Of a stretch of 64,000 nucleotides of DNA, positions 15,664 through 24,677 are shown piece by piece. The stretch is taken from contig VHCN01000001.1 in NCBI GenBank assembly GCA_016871675.1, positions 66,268 through 130,267 of the forward strand. Direction: 5' to 3'. Made by a program: the position numbers and the translations under genes. Source of the stretch: Verrucomicrobiota bacterium (GTDB taxonomy: Bacteria > Verrucomicrobiota > Verrucomicrobiia > Limisphaerales > VHCN01). How positions within the stretch are numbered: position 1 is the stretch's first letter; each line of letters starts with the position of its first letter. Below the pieces are notes generated by a model. It did no database searches, was not told where the DNA came from, and worked only from the letters and a program-made list of their open reading frames with translations.

Positions 15664-18377
15664 ACTTCTCTCGTAAACCCAATCGTAATCGTAGTCCTAA
15701 TCTTCCCCGCGCCGCCGGTTCGGCACGAGGATTAGGATTAGGATCAGGAACGAGCGGTCCGGACGCGACGGATCGGCGAGGCCGGAAATTCGCGGCCCAC
15801 GTCTTCCTCATGACGTTGATGCTTTCGACCCTCGCTGCGACGAAGGGGCCGCCGCCCGAGCGCATCGTTATCAACGAAATCCACTTCGAACCGGCGGAGA
15901 AACGCGCGACGGAGTTCGTCGAGCTTCACAACCCCGGCCCGCGCGAGGTCAGCCTCGCGGGATGGACGCTCGACAAGTATAGGTTCACCGGCACGTCCGC
16001 CATTCCGGCGGGCGGCTTCATAGTCGTTGCTGGGGACCCGGCCGCGTTCGGGCGTCAGTTCGGCTTCGCGCCCGCGGGGCCGTTTGGCGCGGCGCTGGGC
16101 AACAACGGCGAGCGCCTCACGTTGCGCGATTCGCAAGGCCGCGTTGCGGACGAGGTGCGCTACAAGACGGGCTTCCCGTGGCCCACGGCCTCGGCGGGCG
16201 CGGGTTCGTCGCTCGAGCGGGTGCATCCGGCGCTCGCGGGAAACCTTCCGAACTCGTGGCGCGCATCGGGTTTTCGCATCGGTGGTGGAAAAGTCGCGCC
16301 GCCCACTCCGGGCAGGACCAATTCCGTGTTCACCGAGTTGCCCCCGCCTGCGGTGGAATCCGTGGCGCACTCACCGCCGCAGCCGCGTTCCGGGCAGGAT
16401 GTCGTGGTCACGTTGAGGCTCACCGAGCCGCGCGCGGTCACGAACGCGGTGCTTCAGGTCCAGGGGGTCGAACCGGGCCGCTACATCCGCAAGACTGACG
16501 CCGAGTTCGCGAAGTCGTGGCGCGAATTCCCGATGCGCGGCGATGGCCGCGGCAATTTCACGGCGACTGTGCCGGGCGAAGTCCAACGCCATCGCCGGCT
16601 GGTGCGCTACCGGATTCGCGTCGAGCAGCCGGAGGCCGCCACGGTGGTTCCGTTCGAGGACGATCCATCGCCCAACTTCGCGTGGTTCTGTTACGACGGC
16701 ATTCCCGCGTGGACCGGCGCGAGCCAGCCGGGCAAGACCGCGCCGTGGACGTTCACGCCGGAGTTTCTCGGCACGTTGCCCGCGTATCACTTGATCGCGA
16801 ATCACAGCGACGTCGAGCGGAGCCAGTGGGACGGCGCCTACAACAAACGGCGGTTGTCCGGCACGTTTGTGAGCGACGGGCGCGTGTTGGATCACGTCCA
16901 ATTCCAGAACCGCGGCCAGGCCAGCACGCACGTCAGCGGCAAGAACAAGTGGGGCATCCACTTCAACGACACACACGAATTCCTCCCGCGCAACCACTGG
17001 AACCAGCCCTACGCGCGGCCGTGGAACCACCTGAATCTGAGCGGATGCTCGAGCCCGTGGGTGCAGATCAACCGCGGCATGGCCGGGCTCGATGAGGCGG
17101 TGTCCTTCCGCGCGTATCACCTCGCGGGCGTGCCAAGCCCCGGGACGCACTGGATTCAGTGGCGCGTCATCTCCCGCGCCGACGAGGCGAATTTGATGAA
17201 CCAGTTCGAAGGCGACTTGTGGGGCCTGTATCTTGTCGTGCAGGACGCCGACGGGGCATGGCTGAAGGAACGCGGATTGCCCGACGGCAGCACTTACAGC
17301 CCCGAGACCGGCCGCAAGCATCTCGGCGGTGGCATGCCCGCGAACGGCGGCGACTTCAACGACTTCATGCACGGCTCGCGCTCGACGACACAGGAGAAGT
17401 GGTGGCGCGACAACCTCGACCTGCCGCGCTACTTCAGCTTTCACGCCATCAATCGCGTCGTGTCCAACGTGGACCTGCGCCACGGCGCGAACCACTTCCT
17501 CTATCACCCGCGCGGCGGCCCGTGGTCGCCCGTGCCGTGGGACCTCGACATGATGTTCATCGCGCGCACGCACTGGCCGGGGATCATTGACCAGGCGCGG
17601 TGCCTCGATCATCCGGCCATCCGGCTGGAATACAAAAACCGCGCGCGCGAAATCCTCGACCTCTTTTGCGCCGACGCCTCGCCCGCGGGCGGGCAGATCG
17701 GGCAACTCGTCGAGGAACTTGCGCGCGTGTTGCGCCCGGCCGGCCAAGAGCGCACGTGGGCCGAACTCGACATGGCCATGTGGAACTGGCACCCGCGCAC
17801 GGGCGACAAGGGCGCCTTCTACCGCAACCCCGCGCGGCAGGGCATGATGGGCGGCGAGTTCGGCCGGACACTCGCAACACCCGACCTTGCGGGCTTCTGC
17901 AAATTCATCAGCGAGTTCTGCACCGACATGCGCCCGCAACGAAACTACGCGCCCAATGACGGCAACGTGCTCGGCTACGGCTGGGGCCACTTGTGGTGGG
18001 AGTCGCGCGACGACGCGATCCCCGCGCGACCGACCGTGCGCGCGCTGCGCGAAGACGTGAAGAAAGGCGACCGCGCGTTCGAGGTGAGCCCGTTCGAGTC
18101 GCCGGTGAAGGCGAGCACGTTCGCCGCCGTGCAGTGGCGCGTCGGCCGGATCAGTTCGCCGGGCATCGAAGGCTTCGCGGCGGGCAAGCCGTGGCGCTAC
18201 GAGATCGAGCCGCATTGGGAGAGCCTGCCGATCACGACGCCGGACCGTCAGATTCGCCCCGGCAAGTCCGCGCTCGCGCCTGGCGGTGTGTATCGCGTCC
18301 GCGCGCGCTACAAGGACACCACGGGCCGCTGGAGCCACTGGTCCGAGCCGGTGCAGTTGGCGGTGGGGAAAAAGTAA
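15660..18377 (+). CDS. Lamin-tail-domain (LTD) plus CotH-family protein
   Basis: IVINEIHFEP…EFVELHNPG…GWTL…NNGERLTLRD is LTD-like. The long following region (KNKWGIHFND…LNLSG…GLYLVVQDADGAWLKERGL…) is CotH-like. The ATG at 15660 overlaps the mazG stop (ATGA). An alternative start is ATG 15810. The first ~40 codons overlap a low-GC repeat element, so the true start is uncertain. Confidence 0.75.
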   Translation: MNFSRKPNRNRSPNLPRAAGSARGLGLGSGTSGPDATDRRGRKFAAHVFLMTLMLSTLAATKGPPPERIVINEIHFEPAEKRATEFVELHNPGPREVSLAGWTLDKYRFTGTSAIPAGGFIVVAGDPAAFGRQFGFAPAGPFGAALGNNGERLTLRDSQGRVADEVRYKTGFPWPTASAGAGSSLERVHPALAGNLPNSWRASGFRIGGGKVAPPTPGRTNSVFTELPPPAVESVAHSPPQPRSGQDVVVTLRLTEPRAVTNAVLQVQGVEPGRYIRKTDAEFAKSWREFPMRGDGRGNFTATVPGEVQRHRRLVRYRIRVEQPEAATVVPFEDDPSPNFAWFCYDGIPAWTGASQPGKTAPWTFTPEFLGTLPAYHLIANHSDVERSQWDGAYNKRRLSGTFVSDGRVLDHVQFQNRGQASTHVSGKNKWGIHFNDTHEFLPRNHWNQPYARPWNHLNLSGCSSPWVQINRGMAGLDEAVSFRAYHLAGVPSPGTHWIQWRVISRADEANLMNQFEGDLWGLYLVVQDADGAWLKERGLPDGSTYSPETGRKHLGGGMPANGGDFNDFMHGSRSTTQEKWWRDNLDLPRYFSFHAINRVVSNVDLRHGANHFLYHPRGGPWSPVPWDLDMMFIARTHWPGIIDQARCLDHPAIRLEYKNRAREILDLFCADASPAGGQIGQLVEELARVLRPAGQERTWAELDMAMWNWHPRTGDKGAFYRNPARQGMMGGEFGRTLATPDLAGFCKFISEFCTDMRPQRNYAPNDGNVLGYGWGHLWWESRDDAIPARPTVRALREDVKKGDRAFEVSPFESPVKASTFAAVQWRVGRISSPGIEGFAAGKPWRYEIEPHWESLPITTPDRQIRPGKSALAPGGVYRVRARYKDTTGRWSHWSEPVQLAVGKK
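15681..15749. repeat. Low-GC inverted array of tandem heptamers
   Basis: The left arm is aatcgtaatcgtagtcctaatc. The right arm is aggattaggattaggatcagga. tcctaatc can pair with either gattagga copy, and a GC-rich 24-nt loop separates the arms. Confidence 0.3.
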
Positions 18378-18427
18378 CGGCAGCCGGCGGCGGGTCGGTG
18401 GGGATGCCGCGACGGTGATGTGCCGGG

Positions 18428-19321
18428 CTACGACGCGGCCGCGGGCGGTGCCGGCGGCTCGGCTGGGGACGCGGGTCCGTCCGGTGGCGCCGCGAATGGG
18501 TTCACGCCTTTCGCCGGCGCCGATTTCACGGTGGAGATCTTCGCAAGGCGGAACGGCGCGCCGCACAGATAGACCGCACCGATGAATCCGTGCGAGACGA
18601 CGGCGAAGGCGAGCCCCGGCAGCGCGAGCGCCTCGAGTCCGTAGAGCAGGATGGCGAGCGACATGACCAGCGAACCGGGAAGCCAGGCCGCGCCGGCGAG
18701 ACGCATGCAACCCGGCCACGTCGCGGCGCGGTCGCCGAAGAATGCGAGCGCCCGCGCCACGGGCGCGACGACCATCGCGAGCAGCCACCACGCGGCGAAC
18801 AGCTTGGCGACCAACGCCGCGCCCGCGAGCGCCACGAACCACGGTTGCCGCGCTCCCCACCACGGCACGGCGTCCGCGCGACCGAGCGAAACGCGCCACC
18901 CGGCGGAATACGGCCACTCGACATAGCCGAGTTCGGACCGGAGCCGCAGGCGCGTCGAGCAGAGTTCGAGTTGCAAGTCGGCGGCGCGGCCGGCCGTGGC
19001 CGCGTCGCCCGGGTCGGCGACGATGGCAAGCCTGGAGCCTTCGGAAAGCAGCACGGGTTGGTCGCCGGGCCATTGAAGCTTCGCGCCGGAGATTGCTGCG
19101 GCTTCGGGCAGTGCGTGCGATGCCTCGCGAATCACCGGCACCCAGGCCAGCGCAAGGAACGCCATGAAGCACCCGGCGGCGACGAGGGAGAAAATGAGCT
19201 GCGCGACAAGGAGCCGCCCGGTCGAGGCGTCTGCGAAAGCAGCCACGCCGCCGAAGCTGAACGGCTGCCAGGCCGGCCGAGGCTCGTCTCGTTCGGCGAC
19301 TTGATCGGGCTCAACACTCAC
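18428..19321 (-). CDS. Hypothetical multi-pass membrane protein
   Basis: The ORF lies downstream of manC and has several hydrophobic segments (LLVAQLIFSLVAAGCFMAFLALAWV; WFVALAGAALVAKLFAAWWLLAMVVAPV; LVMSLAILLYGLEALALPGLAFAVV) and a Pro/Ala-rich tail. I recognise no family. There is no ATG, so the start is GTG 19321 or an upstream GTG near 19372. Confidence 0.5.
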   Translation of the reverse strand: MSVEPDQVAERDEPRPAWQPFSFGGVAAFADASTGRLLVAQLIFSLVAAGCFMAFLALAWVPVIREASHALPEAAAISGAKLQWPGDQPVLLSEGSRLAIVADPGDAATAGRAADLQLELCSTRLRLRSELGYVEWPYSAGWRVSLGRADAVPWWGARQPWFVALAGAALVAKLFAAWWLLAMVVAPVARALAFFGDRAATWPGCMRLAGAAWLPGSLVMSLAILLYGLEALALPGLAFAVVSHGFIGAVYLCGAPFRLAKISTVKSAPAKGVNPFAAPPDGPASPAEPPAPPAAAS

Positions 19322-19395
19322 GCGTGGGGATTCAACGGCAACGCGGCCGTCTTGAAAACGCGAATCCCGCACGCCAAACGAAACCGCCGCGGGCT

Positions 19396-20526
19396 TCAGA
19401 CGAGCTTCTTGTGCTTTGCGTCGTCGGCGAGTTTCTTCACGAGCTCGCGAACTTTCTGCGACTGGCTCTTGTGCGCGAGCAGCACGGCATCGTCGGTCGC
19501 GACGAAAACGGCGTCGCGCAAGCCGACGACGGCGATGGGCGTGCGGTTCGTGGTGCGGGCGTCGTAGATGATGTTGCGCGCGGCGTCGACGTGGATGAAG
19601 TCGCCCACGGCGCAGTTGCCCTCGGGGTCGGCCTTGAGGTGGCGGGCGAGGGCGTTCCACGAACCGAAGTCGTCCCAGTCGAAGCTGCCATCGGCGACGA
19701 CGACATTCTGCGCCTTCTCCATCAGCGCGTAGTCAATGGAGATGCGCTTGATGCCAGGGTATTCCTTCGCGAGCGCCTTGTGGAGCTTGGCAGGCGACTT
19801 CGCCGCCTCGAACCATCGCTGGCACGCCGCAAACATCTCGGGCTGGTGCATCATGAGGCCGTTGGTGACGGTGACAAACGACCACACGAACATGCCGGCG
19901 TTCCAGCGATACTGGCCGCTGTTCACGTAGTCGAGCGCTCTCGCGTAGTCGGGCTTCTCGACGAACTGCTCGGCCTTGAAGAACGTGGTCTTGTATTTCT
20001 TCACGCCCGCGGGCGGCGGCAATTCGATGCCGGTGCGGATGTAGCCGTAGCCCGTCGCCGGCTCGGTGGGCTTGATGCCGATGGTCACGATAGCCTGCCC
20101 GCGACCCGCGAGGTCGAAGGCGTCCGCGAGCACCTGCTGGAACTTCTTTTCCCCCGGGATGACGTGATCCGCGGGCAGCACCGCCATCACGGCTGTCGTG
20201 GCGCGCGCGCCGACGATGGCCGCGCCGAGCGTGACCGCGGCGCACGTGTCGCGCCCGCATGGTTCGGCGATGACGTTTTCCTTCGGCAGCTTGGGCAACT
20301 GCCGCCGCACCTCGGCGGCCTGCGCCTCATTGGTGATCACGAGGATGTTCCTCGCCGGCACGAGCGGCGCGCAGCGGTCCACGGCCTGTTGCAGGAACGA
20401 GCGGTCACCGAGCAGCTTGATGAGCTGCTTGGGGGCCTTCTCCCGGCTCACGGGCCAGAAGCGCTCGCCGCGCCCGCCGGCCATGATGATGACGAACCGG
20501 TCCTTGCTTGCAGTGTTCGCTTTCAT
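19396..20526 (-). CDS. manC: Mannose-1-phosphate guanylyltransferase-like nucleotidyltransferase
   Basis: FVIIMAGGRGERFWPVSR is the NTP-transferase G-loop. …KPTEPATGYGYI… and the rest are typical of ManC/CpsB. ATG 20526 is preferred over ATG 20559. Confidence 0.85.
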   Translation of the reverse strand: MKANTASKDRFVIIMAGGRGERFWPVSREKAPKQLIKLLGDRSFLQQAVDRCAPLVPARNILVITNEAQAAEVRRQLPKLPKENVIAEPCGRDTCAAVTLGAAIVGARATTAVMAVLPADHVIPGEKKFQQVLADAFDLAGRGQAIVTIGIKPTEPATGYGYIRTGIELPPPAGVKKYKTTFFKAEQFVEKPDYARALDYVNSGQYRWNAGMFVWSFVTVTNGLMMHQPEMFAACQRWFEAAKSPAKLHKALAKEYPGIKRISIDYALMEKAQNVVVADGSFDWDDFGSWNALARHLKADPEGNCAVGDFIHVDAARNIIYDARTTNRTPIAVVGLRDAVFVATDDAVLLAHKSQSQKVRELVKKLADDAKHKKLV

Positions 20527-20606
20527 TTGTTCCCGCCAAGGCTTCACCACCGACGCCAACCAATCAAGCCCGGTGACGAAGCCGGGTGAATCCGTGAAAT
20601 CCGCGA

Positions 20607-21407
20607 TCAGTTCGACTTCACCGCGTCGGCGAGCGATTTCACGAACGCCGCGACCCGCGGCACAAGCTCGGGCGATTTCCCTTGCTCGGCGATCTGGTTC
20701 ACGACCGCGCTGCCCACGACGATCGCCTCGGCGTGCGACGCGACGAGGCGCGCCTGTTCAGGGTTCGAAATGCCGAAGCCGACCGCGACGGGCAGCGGCG
20801 TGTGCCTGCGAATCTTGGCCGTCATGTCGCCGAGGGTGGTGGAGACTTGCGCCTGCATGCCCGTCACGCCCTCGCGCGAGATGCAGTAGATGAAGCCCGT
20901 GGCGCGCCGCACGATCTTCTCAATGCGCCCTTCAGGTGTCGTTGGCGCGACGAGCCAGATGGCGCAAAGGCCGGCGGTCTTCATGAGGCGCTCGTAGTCG
21001 TCGGCTTCCTCGGGCGGCAGGTCGAGCACAAGCAAGCCATCCACACCCGCGGCCGCGCAGTCCGCGATGAACGCCCCGGCGCCGCGCCGGTGGAGGATGT
21101 TGAAGTAGACGTAGAGGACGATGGGAATCTCCGACTCGCGCCGGATGGCGGCAATCGTCGCCAGCAACTTCGGTGGCGTGGTGCCGGACTCGAGCCCGCG
21201 CTGTGCGGCGAGCTGGTTCACGAGCCCGTCCGCGAGCGGGTCGCTGAACGGCACGCCCAGTTCGAGCACGTCCACGCCGGCCTTGTCGAAGGCGAGCGCG
21301 AGATTGCGCGTGGCTTCGAGATCTGGGTCGCCGGCGCCGATGTAAATGACGAGACCCTTGCGGCCTCCGGTCTTCAGCCGGGCGAAACGCGCTTCGATGC
21401 GGTTCAT
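20607..21407 (-). CDS. trpA: Tryptophan synthase alpha chain
   Basis: 266 aa with the motifs LVIYIGAGDP, VLELGVPFSDPLADG and GFGISNPEQA. Confidence 0.9.
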   Translation of the reverse strand: MNRIEARFARLKTGGRKGLVIYIGAGDPDLEATRNLALAFDKAGVDVLELGVPFSDPLADGLVNQLAAQRGLESGTTPPKLLATIAAIRRESEIPIVLYVYFNILHRRGAGAFIADCAAAGVDGLLVLDLPPEEADDYERLMKTAGLCAIWLVAPTTPEGRIEKIVRRATGFIYCISREGVTGMQAQVSTTLGDMTAKIRRHTPLPVAVGFGISNPEQARLVASHAEAIVVGSAVVNQIAEQGKSPELVPRVAAFVKSLADAVKSN

Positions 21408-21434
21408 GCGGCGCGGAGTTTCGAGCTTCAGGAT

Positions 21435-22193
21435 TCAGGATTCAAGCGGGTTCCCGGGCCACGCCAGACGCAGTCCTTCGAGCGTCAGCGACGGGTCCAC
21501 CGCCGTGATCTCGCGCAAGCGAGCCGCGATGAGCTTCGCGCAGCCGCCCGTCGCGACCACCGGCAGGCGCGGGCTCTTGAGCTCGCGCTTGAGTTCGCCG
21601 ATGAGTTCGCGCACCAGGCCGCGGTAGCCGCGCACCGCGCCGATGAGCATCGCCTGTTCGGTGTTCTTGCCGACCACGGCGCGTTCCTCGCGAATCTGGA
21701 TTCGCGGCAGCAGGGCGGTCTTCTCATGCAGGTAGTCCGTCATCGCCGCGAGCCCGGGGGCGATGATTCCGCCGACGTAATCGCCGCGGCGGTCCACCAC
21801 GTCGAACGTGACCGCCGTGCCGAAGTCCACCACGACCACCGGCGCGCCGAAGCGCCGAAGCGCGGCAAGCGCGTTGGCGAGGCGGTCCTGCCCGATGGTG
21901 TGCGGTTGCGGATACCTCACGCCAATGCCGCGCACGGTCTCGTGCGTGAGCTGGAACGGCGTGACCCCGAACAATTTCCTCGAGAGCGTTCGGACCGCAG
22001 CGTTCGCCCCTGGCACGACGCTGCAGAAACTCACACCTTCGATCCCGCGCTGCCGGACGAAATGCCACACGCGTCCTGATGCCGAGCCGTCGCGCCAGCC
22101 CACGGTGGGGATGTCTTCCCTCCGCACGACGCGCCGGGCATCCGCGATGCCGAGGTGCGTGTGCGTGTTGCCGATGTCAAGGAGGAGGATCAT
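21435..22193 (-). CDS. coaX: Type III pantothenate kinase
   Basis: The protein starts MILLLDIGNTHTHLG, contains VVDFGTAVTFD and ends with …VVATGGCA…. It sits in the conserved birA-coaX arrangement. Confidence 0.9.
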   Translation of the reverse strand: MILLLDIGNTHTHLGIADARRVVRREDIPTVGWRDGSASGRVWHFVRQRGIEGVSFCSVVPGANAAVRTLSRKLFGVTPFQLTHETVRGIGVRYPQPHTIGQDRLANALAALRRFGAPVVVVDFGTAVTFDVVDRRGDYVGGIIAPGLAAMTDYLHEKTALLPRIQIREERAVVGKNTEQAMLIGAVRGYRGLVRELIGELKRELKSPRLPVVATGGCAKLIAARLREITAVDPSLTLEGLRLAWPGNPLES

Positions 22194-22213
22194 TGGTCAT
22201 GAGAACCCGAGTG

Positions 22214-23194
22214 TCATCGTTCCACGGTCACGTCGCCGCCGATGATTCTTTCCAGCCGGCCGTGCTGCGTGCGGACCAACAGCGCGCCGTCCGCGTCGAG
22301 CGACTCGGCGCGGCCGGTCACCGTGCGGTCACCGATGTGGATGCTCACGTTCCGGCCGAGCGTGGTGCAGCGCTCCTCCCACTCGTCCGCCAGCGTTTCA
22401 AACCCGCCCGCGCGGATGCGCGCGTAGTCCGCGTCGAGTTCGCGAAGGACCGCCACCGCGAGGTCCGCGCGCGGCACGGGCTGTCCGGCTTCGATGCGCA
22501 ACGACGTGGCGAGTTTGCGCAATTCCGGCGGGAAGTCGCTCGCGGTCACGTTCACGTCCACCCCGATGCCAATGATGACGTATCGAATGTGGTCCAGTTC
22601 GGCGCTCAACTCGGTCAGGATGCCCGCCGTCTTGCGGCTGCGAAGGAGGATGTCGTTCGGCCACTTGATTTCGGGCGCGAGTCCGGTCTGCGACCGGATG
22701 GCGCGGGCGAGCGCGGTCGCGGCCGCCACGGTGAGTTGGGTGGCCGCCTGCGGCCGCAAGTCCGGCCGGAGGAGCACGGAAAACCAAAGGCCCTTCTTCG
22801 CGGGAGAAAGCCACTGTCGCCCGAGCCGGCCGCGGCCTTCCGACTGGGATTCCGCGAAAACCACGACGCCTTCCGCCGCGCCGTCGCGCGCGAGCTTCTC
22901 GGCCACGTCGTTCGTCGAGCTGGTTTCATGGAACACGCGGACGTCGCGGCCGACAACGTGCGTCTGGCCGAGTCGCGCAACGAGGTCATCCGCGTGGAGC
23001 ACGTCGGGCGTGCTGACCAGCCGGTAGCCATGATGCGGGCTGGCGGCGATGTCGTAGCCGAGGGCGCGCAATTCCTCGATGTGCGCCCAGATGGCGGCGC
23101 GTGTGATGCCGAGGCGCTGCGAGAGGTCCGCGCCCGACACCGCACCCGCGCCCGCGCCGCGCAGGGCGGTGAGGATTTGAGCGTCCACGGTCAT
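22214..23194 (-). CDS. birA: Bifunctional biotin--[acetyl-CoA-carboxylase] ligase / biotin operon repressor
   Basis: The N-terminal wHTH reads VSGADLSQRLGITRAAIWAHIEELRALGYDI. The catalytic motif is GRGRLGRQW. An SH3-like C-terminus is present. ATG 23194 was chosen; the longer ORF-track start looks spurious. Confidence 0.9.
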   Translation of the reverse strand: MTVDAQILTALRGAGAGAVSGADLSQRLGITRAAIWAHIEELRALGYDIAASPHHGYRLVSTPDVLHADDLVARLGQTHVVGRDVRVFHETSSTNDVAEKLARDGAAEGVVVFAESQSEGRGRLGRQWLSPAKKGLWFSVLLRPDLRPQAATQLTVAAATALARAIRSQTGLAPEIKWPNDILLRSRKTAGILTELSAELDHIRYVIIGIGVDVNVTASDFPPELRKLATSLRIEAGQPVPRADLAVAVLRELDADYARIRAGGFETLADEWEERCTTLGRNVSIHIGDRTVTGRAESLDADGALLVRTQHGRLERIIGGDVTVER

Positions 23195-23297
23195 GCCGGC
23201 GACGAATGAACACGAACCGCCGCGGATTGGAAGAGCGCAGTTGGCGGACCGAACCTGCCGTTGCGAACCCGTCCCGGTGAGTCCATGCTCGCGCCGC

Positions 23298-23852
23298 ATG
23301 AGTTCGAACCCCGGCATCGGCCCGCACAGTGCGATGCGCGACGTGCTCGATGTGTTTCCCGGCGCCCGGCGCGCGCTTTTCCGCAGGCACCACATCGGCG
23401 GCTGCTCAAGCTGCGGATTTCAGCCGACGGAAACGCTCGCCGAAGTCTGCGCGCGCAACGGCGGCTTGAACGTGGACGAAGTGATCGCCCACATCGCGGC
23501 GAGCCACGAGCAGGACCGCCAGCTCGAATTCACGCCGCGCGAAGTCCTCGACCGTCGCGCGCGCGGCGAACCGGTGCGGTTGCTCGACATTCGAACGCGG
23601 GAAGAGTGGGACGCCGTGCGCATTGACGGCGCGGAGTTCGTGAACCAGGAACTGGTGCAGTCGCTCATGGGCAAGTCGCCGCGTGACGCGCTGCTGGTCT
23701 TCTACGACCACGACGGCACGTCGAGCCTTGATGCCGCCGCCTACTTCGCCGGGCACGGCTTCACGAATGCGAAGCATCTGCGCGGCGGCATTGACGCGTG
23801 GGCGCGCGACGTGGATGCGAAGATGCCGCGCTACAAGCTGGAGAACACTTGA
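23298..23852 (+). CDS. DUF1858-like redox-disulfide domain fused to a rhodanese domain
   Basis: The N-terminus (…VLDVFPGARRALFRRHHIGGCSSCGF…TLAEVC) resembles the hybrid-cluster-associated DUF1858 domain. The C-terminal region (RLLDIRTREEWDAVRIDGAEFV…HLRGGIDAW) is rhodanese-like. At the usual active-site loop I read YDHDGTSS, with no obvious Cys. Confidence 0.65.
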   Translation: MSSNPGIGPHSAMRDVLDVFPGARRALFRRHHIGGCSSCGFQPTETLAEVCARNGGLNVDEVIAHIAASHEQDRQLEFTPREVLDRRARGEPVRLLDIRTREEWDAVRIDGAEFVNQELVQSLMGKSPRDALLVFYDHDGTSSLDAAAYFAGHGFTNAKHLRGGIDAWARDVDAKMPRYKLENT

Positions 23853-23878
23853 GCTCAACCCCCAAGGAACAAAGGCGC

Positions 23879-23925
23879 GGAGATTGAGTGATAGAATCTC
23901 CTCCGTGCCTCCGTGGCTCCGTGGT
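23879..23925. repeat. Hairpin followed by tandem ccgtgg octamer-like repeats
   Basis: ggagatt-gagtgatag-aatctcc forms a hairpin with a 7-bp stem. It is followed by ctccgtgcctccgtggctccgtgg, which has a period of 8-9 nt. The element lies between the rhodanese and iscU genes. Confidence 0.3.
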
Positions 23926-23939
23926 AAATTTCGTCAGCT

Positions 23940-24458
23940 ATGTCAGATGATTTTCAAAGGCGCGTCGCCGACGCGATGGCCAACCCGCAGCACATGGGCG
24001 AACTGCCGAATGCCGACTCGGTCGGCACCGTGGGCAACGCCGAGTGCGGCGACATGCTGCGCGTGTGGGTGAAGTTCAAGGACGAGGGAGGCCGCAAGGT
24101 GATTGACCGCGCGAGCTTCCAGTCCTTCGGCTGCGAGACGGCCATCGCCGCCGCGAGCCTCGCGATGGAACTCATCAAGGGGAAGACGCCCGGGGAGGCG
24201 CTCGCGATGCGCGGCGAGGAGTTTGCGAAAGACCTCGGTCCGCTGCCGCCGACGAAGGTGCATTGCACGTCGCTCGTCGAGGGCGCGCTGCGCGAGGCGC
24301 TCGCGCCCGTGGCGGACGCGAAGCCCGCCGGTGCTGCGGAGAAGCCAACCCCGGCAGCTCAACCGCCGCCGAGCCTGATGGACACCTTCAACAAGCCGGA
24401 GCAGAAGAAGGGCGGCGTGAAGGTGGTGTTCCTGCCGCCGGACGAAGCGGCAAAGTGA
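23940..24458 (+). CDS. iscU: IscU/NifU-N-type Fe-S cluster scaffold protein with C-terminal Pro/Ala-rich extension
   Basis: [30 protein letters not shown] and [12 protein letters not shown] carry the three scaffold cysteines. Confidence 0.85.
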   Translation: MSDDFQRRVADAMANPQHMGELPNADSVGTVGNAECGDMLRVWVKFKDEGGRKVIDRASFQSFGCETAIAAASLAMELIKGKTPGEALAMRGEEFAKDLGPLPPTKVHCTSLVEGALREALAPVADAKPAGAAEKPTPAAQPPPSLMDTFNKPEQKKGGVKVVFLPPDEAAK

Positions 24459-24477
24459 GCCTGAGTTTGCGCCGGCC

Positions 24478-24660
24478 GGCTGACATCGTCCTCCCAGTCG
24501 GGCAGCTTGAGGTTCACGGAACCGAACGGCAGCAGCAGACCGCGGCCGTGCCGCGCGTATTCGTCGGCGAGGCGGGCGTTGGCTGCGGCGATGTCCTTGT
24601 GCAGCAGGCCGTCGAACGTGCCGGCCCACGCCTGGCAAGCCGCGCCGGGGTTTGGCGATT
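24478..24660 (-). pseudogene. Fragment resembling an amidohydrolase-2 family gene
   Basis: The minus-strand frame reads …[52 protein letters not shown]…. This resembles the region after the first metal site of amidohydrolase-2 enzymes (…RfxPFgxVnP…). It has no start and is flanked by iscU and the cytochrome gene. Confidence 0.25.
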
Positions 24661-24677
24661 GAAGTTGTGCGCGCCGG

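Noticed and set aside
16371-19172. 933-aa ORF on the minus strand
   Set aside because: It is antisense to the LTD-CotH gene and out of frame across the downstream membrane-protein gene. It is an extremely Arg/Ala-rich shadow ORF.
23285-23310. gagttcgaacccc, a tRNA T-loop-like sequence
   Set aside because: There is no complementary T-stem, acceptor stem or anticodon arm around it. It lies at the start of the rhodanese-fusion gene. I found no tRNA-like cloverleaf in any spacer.
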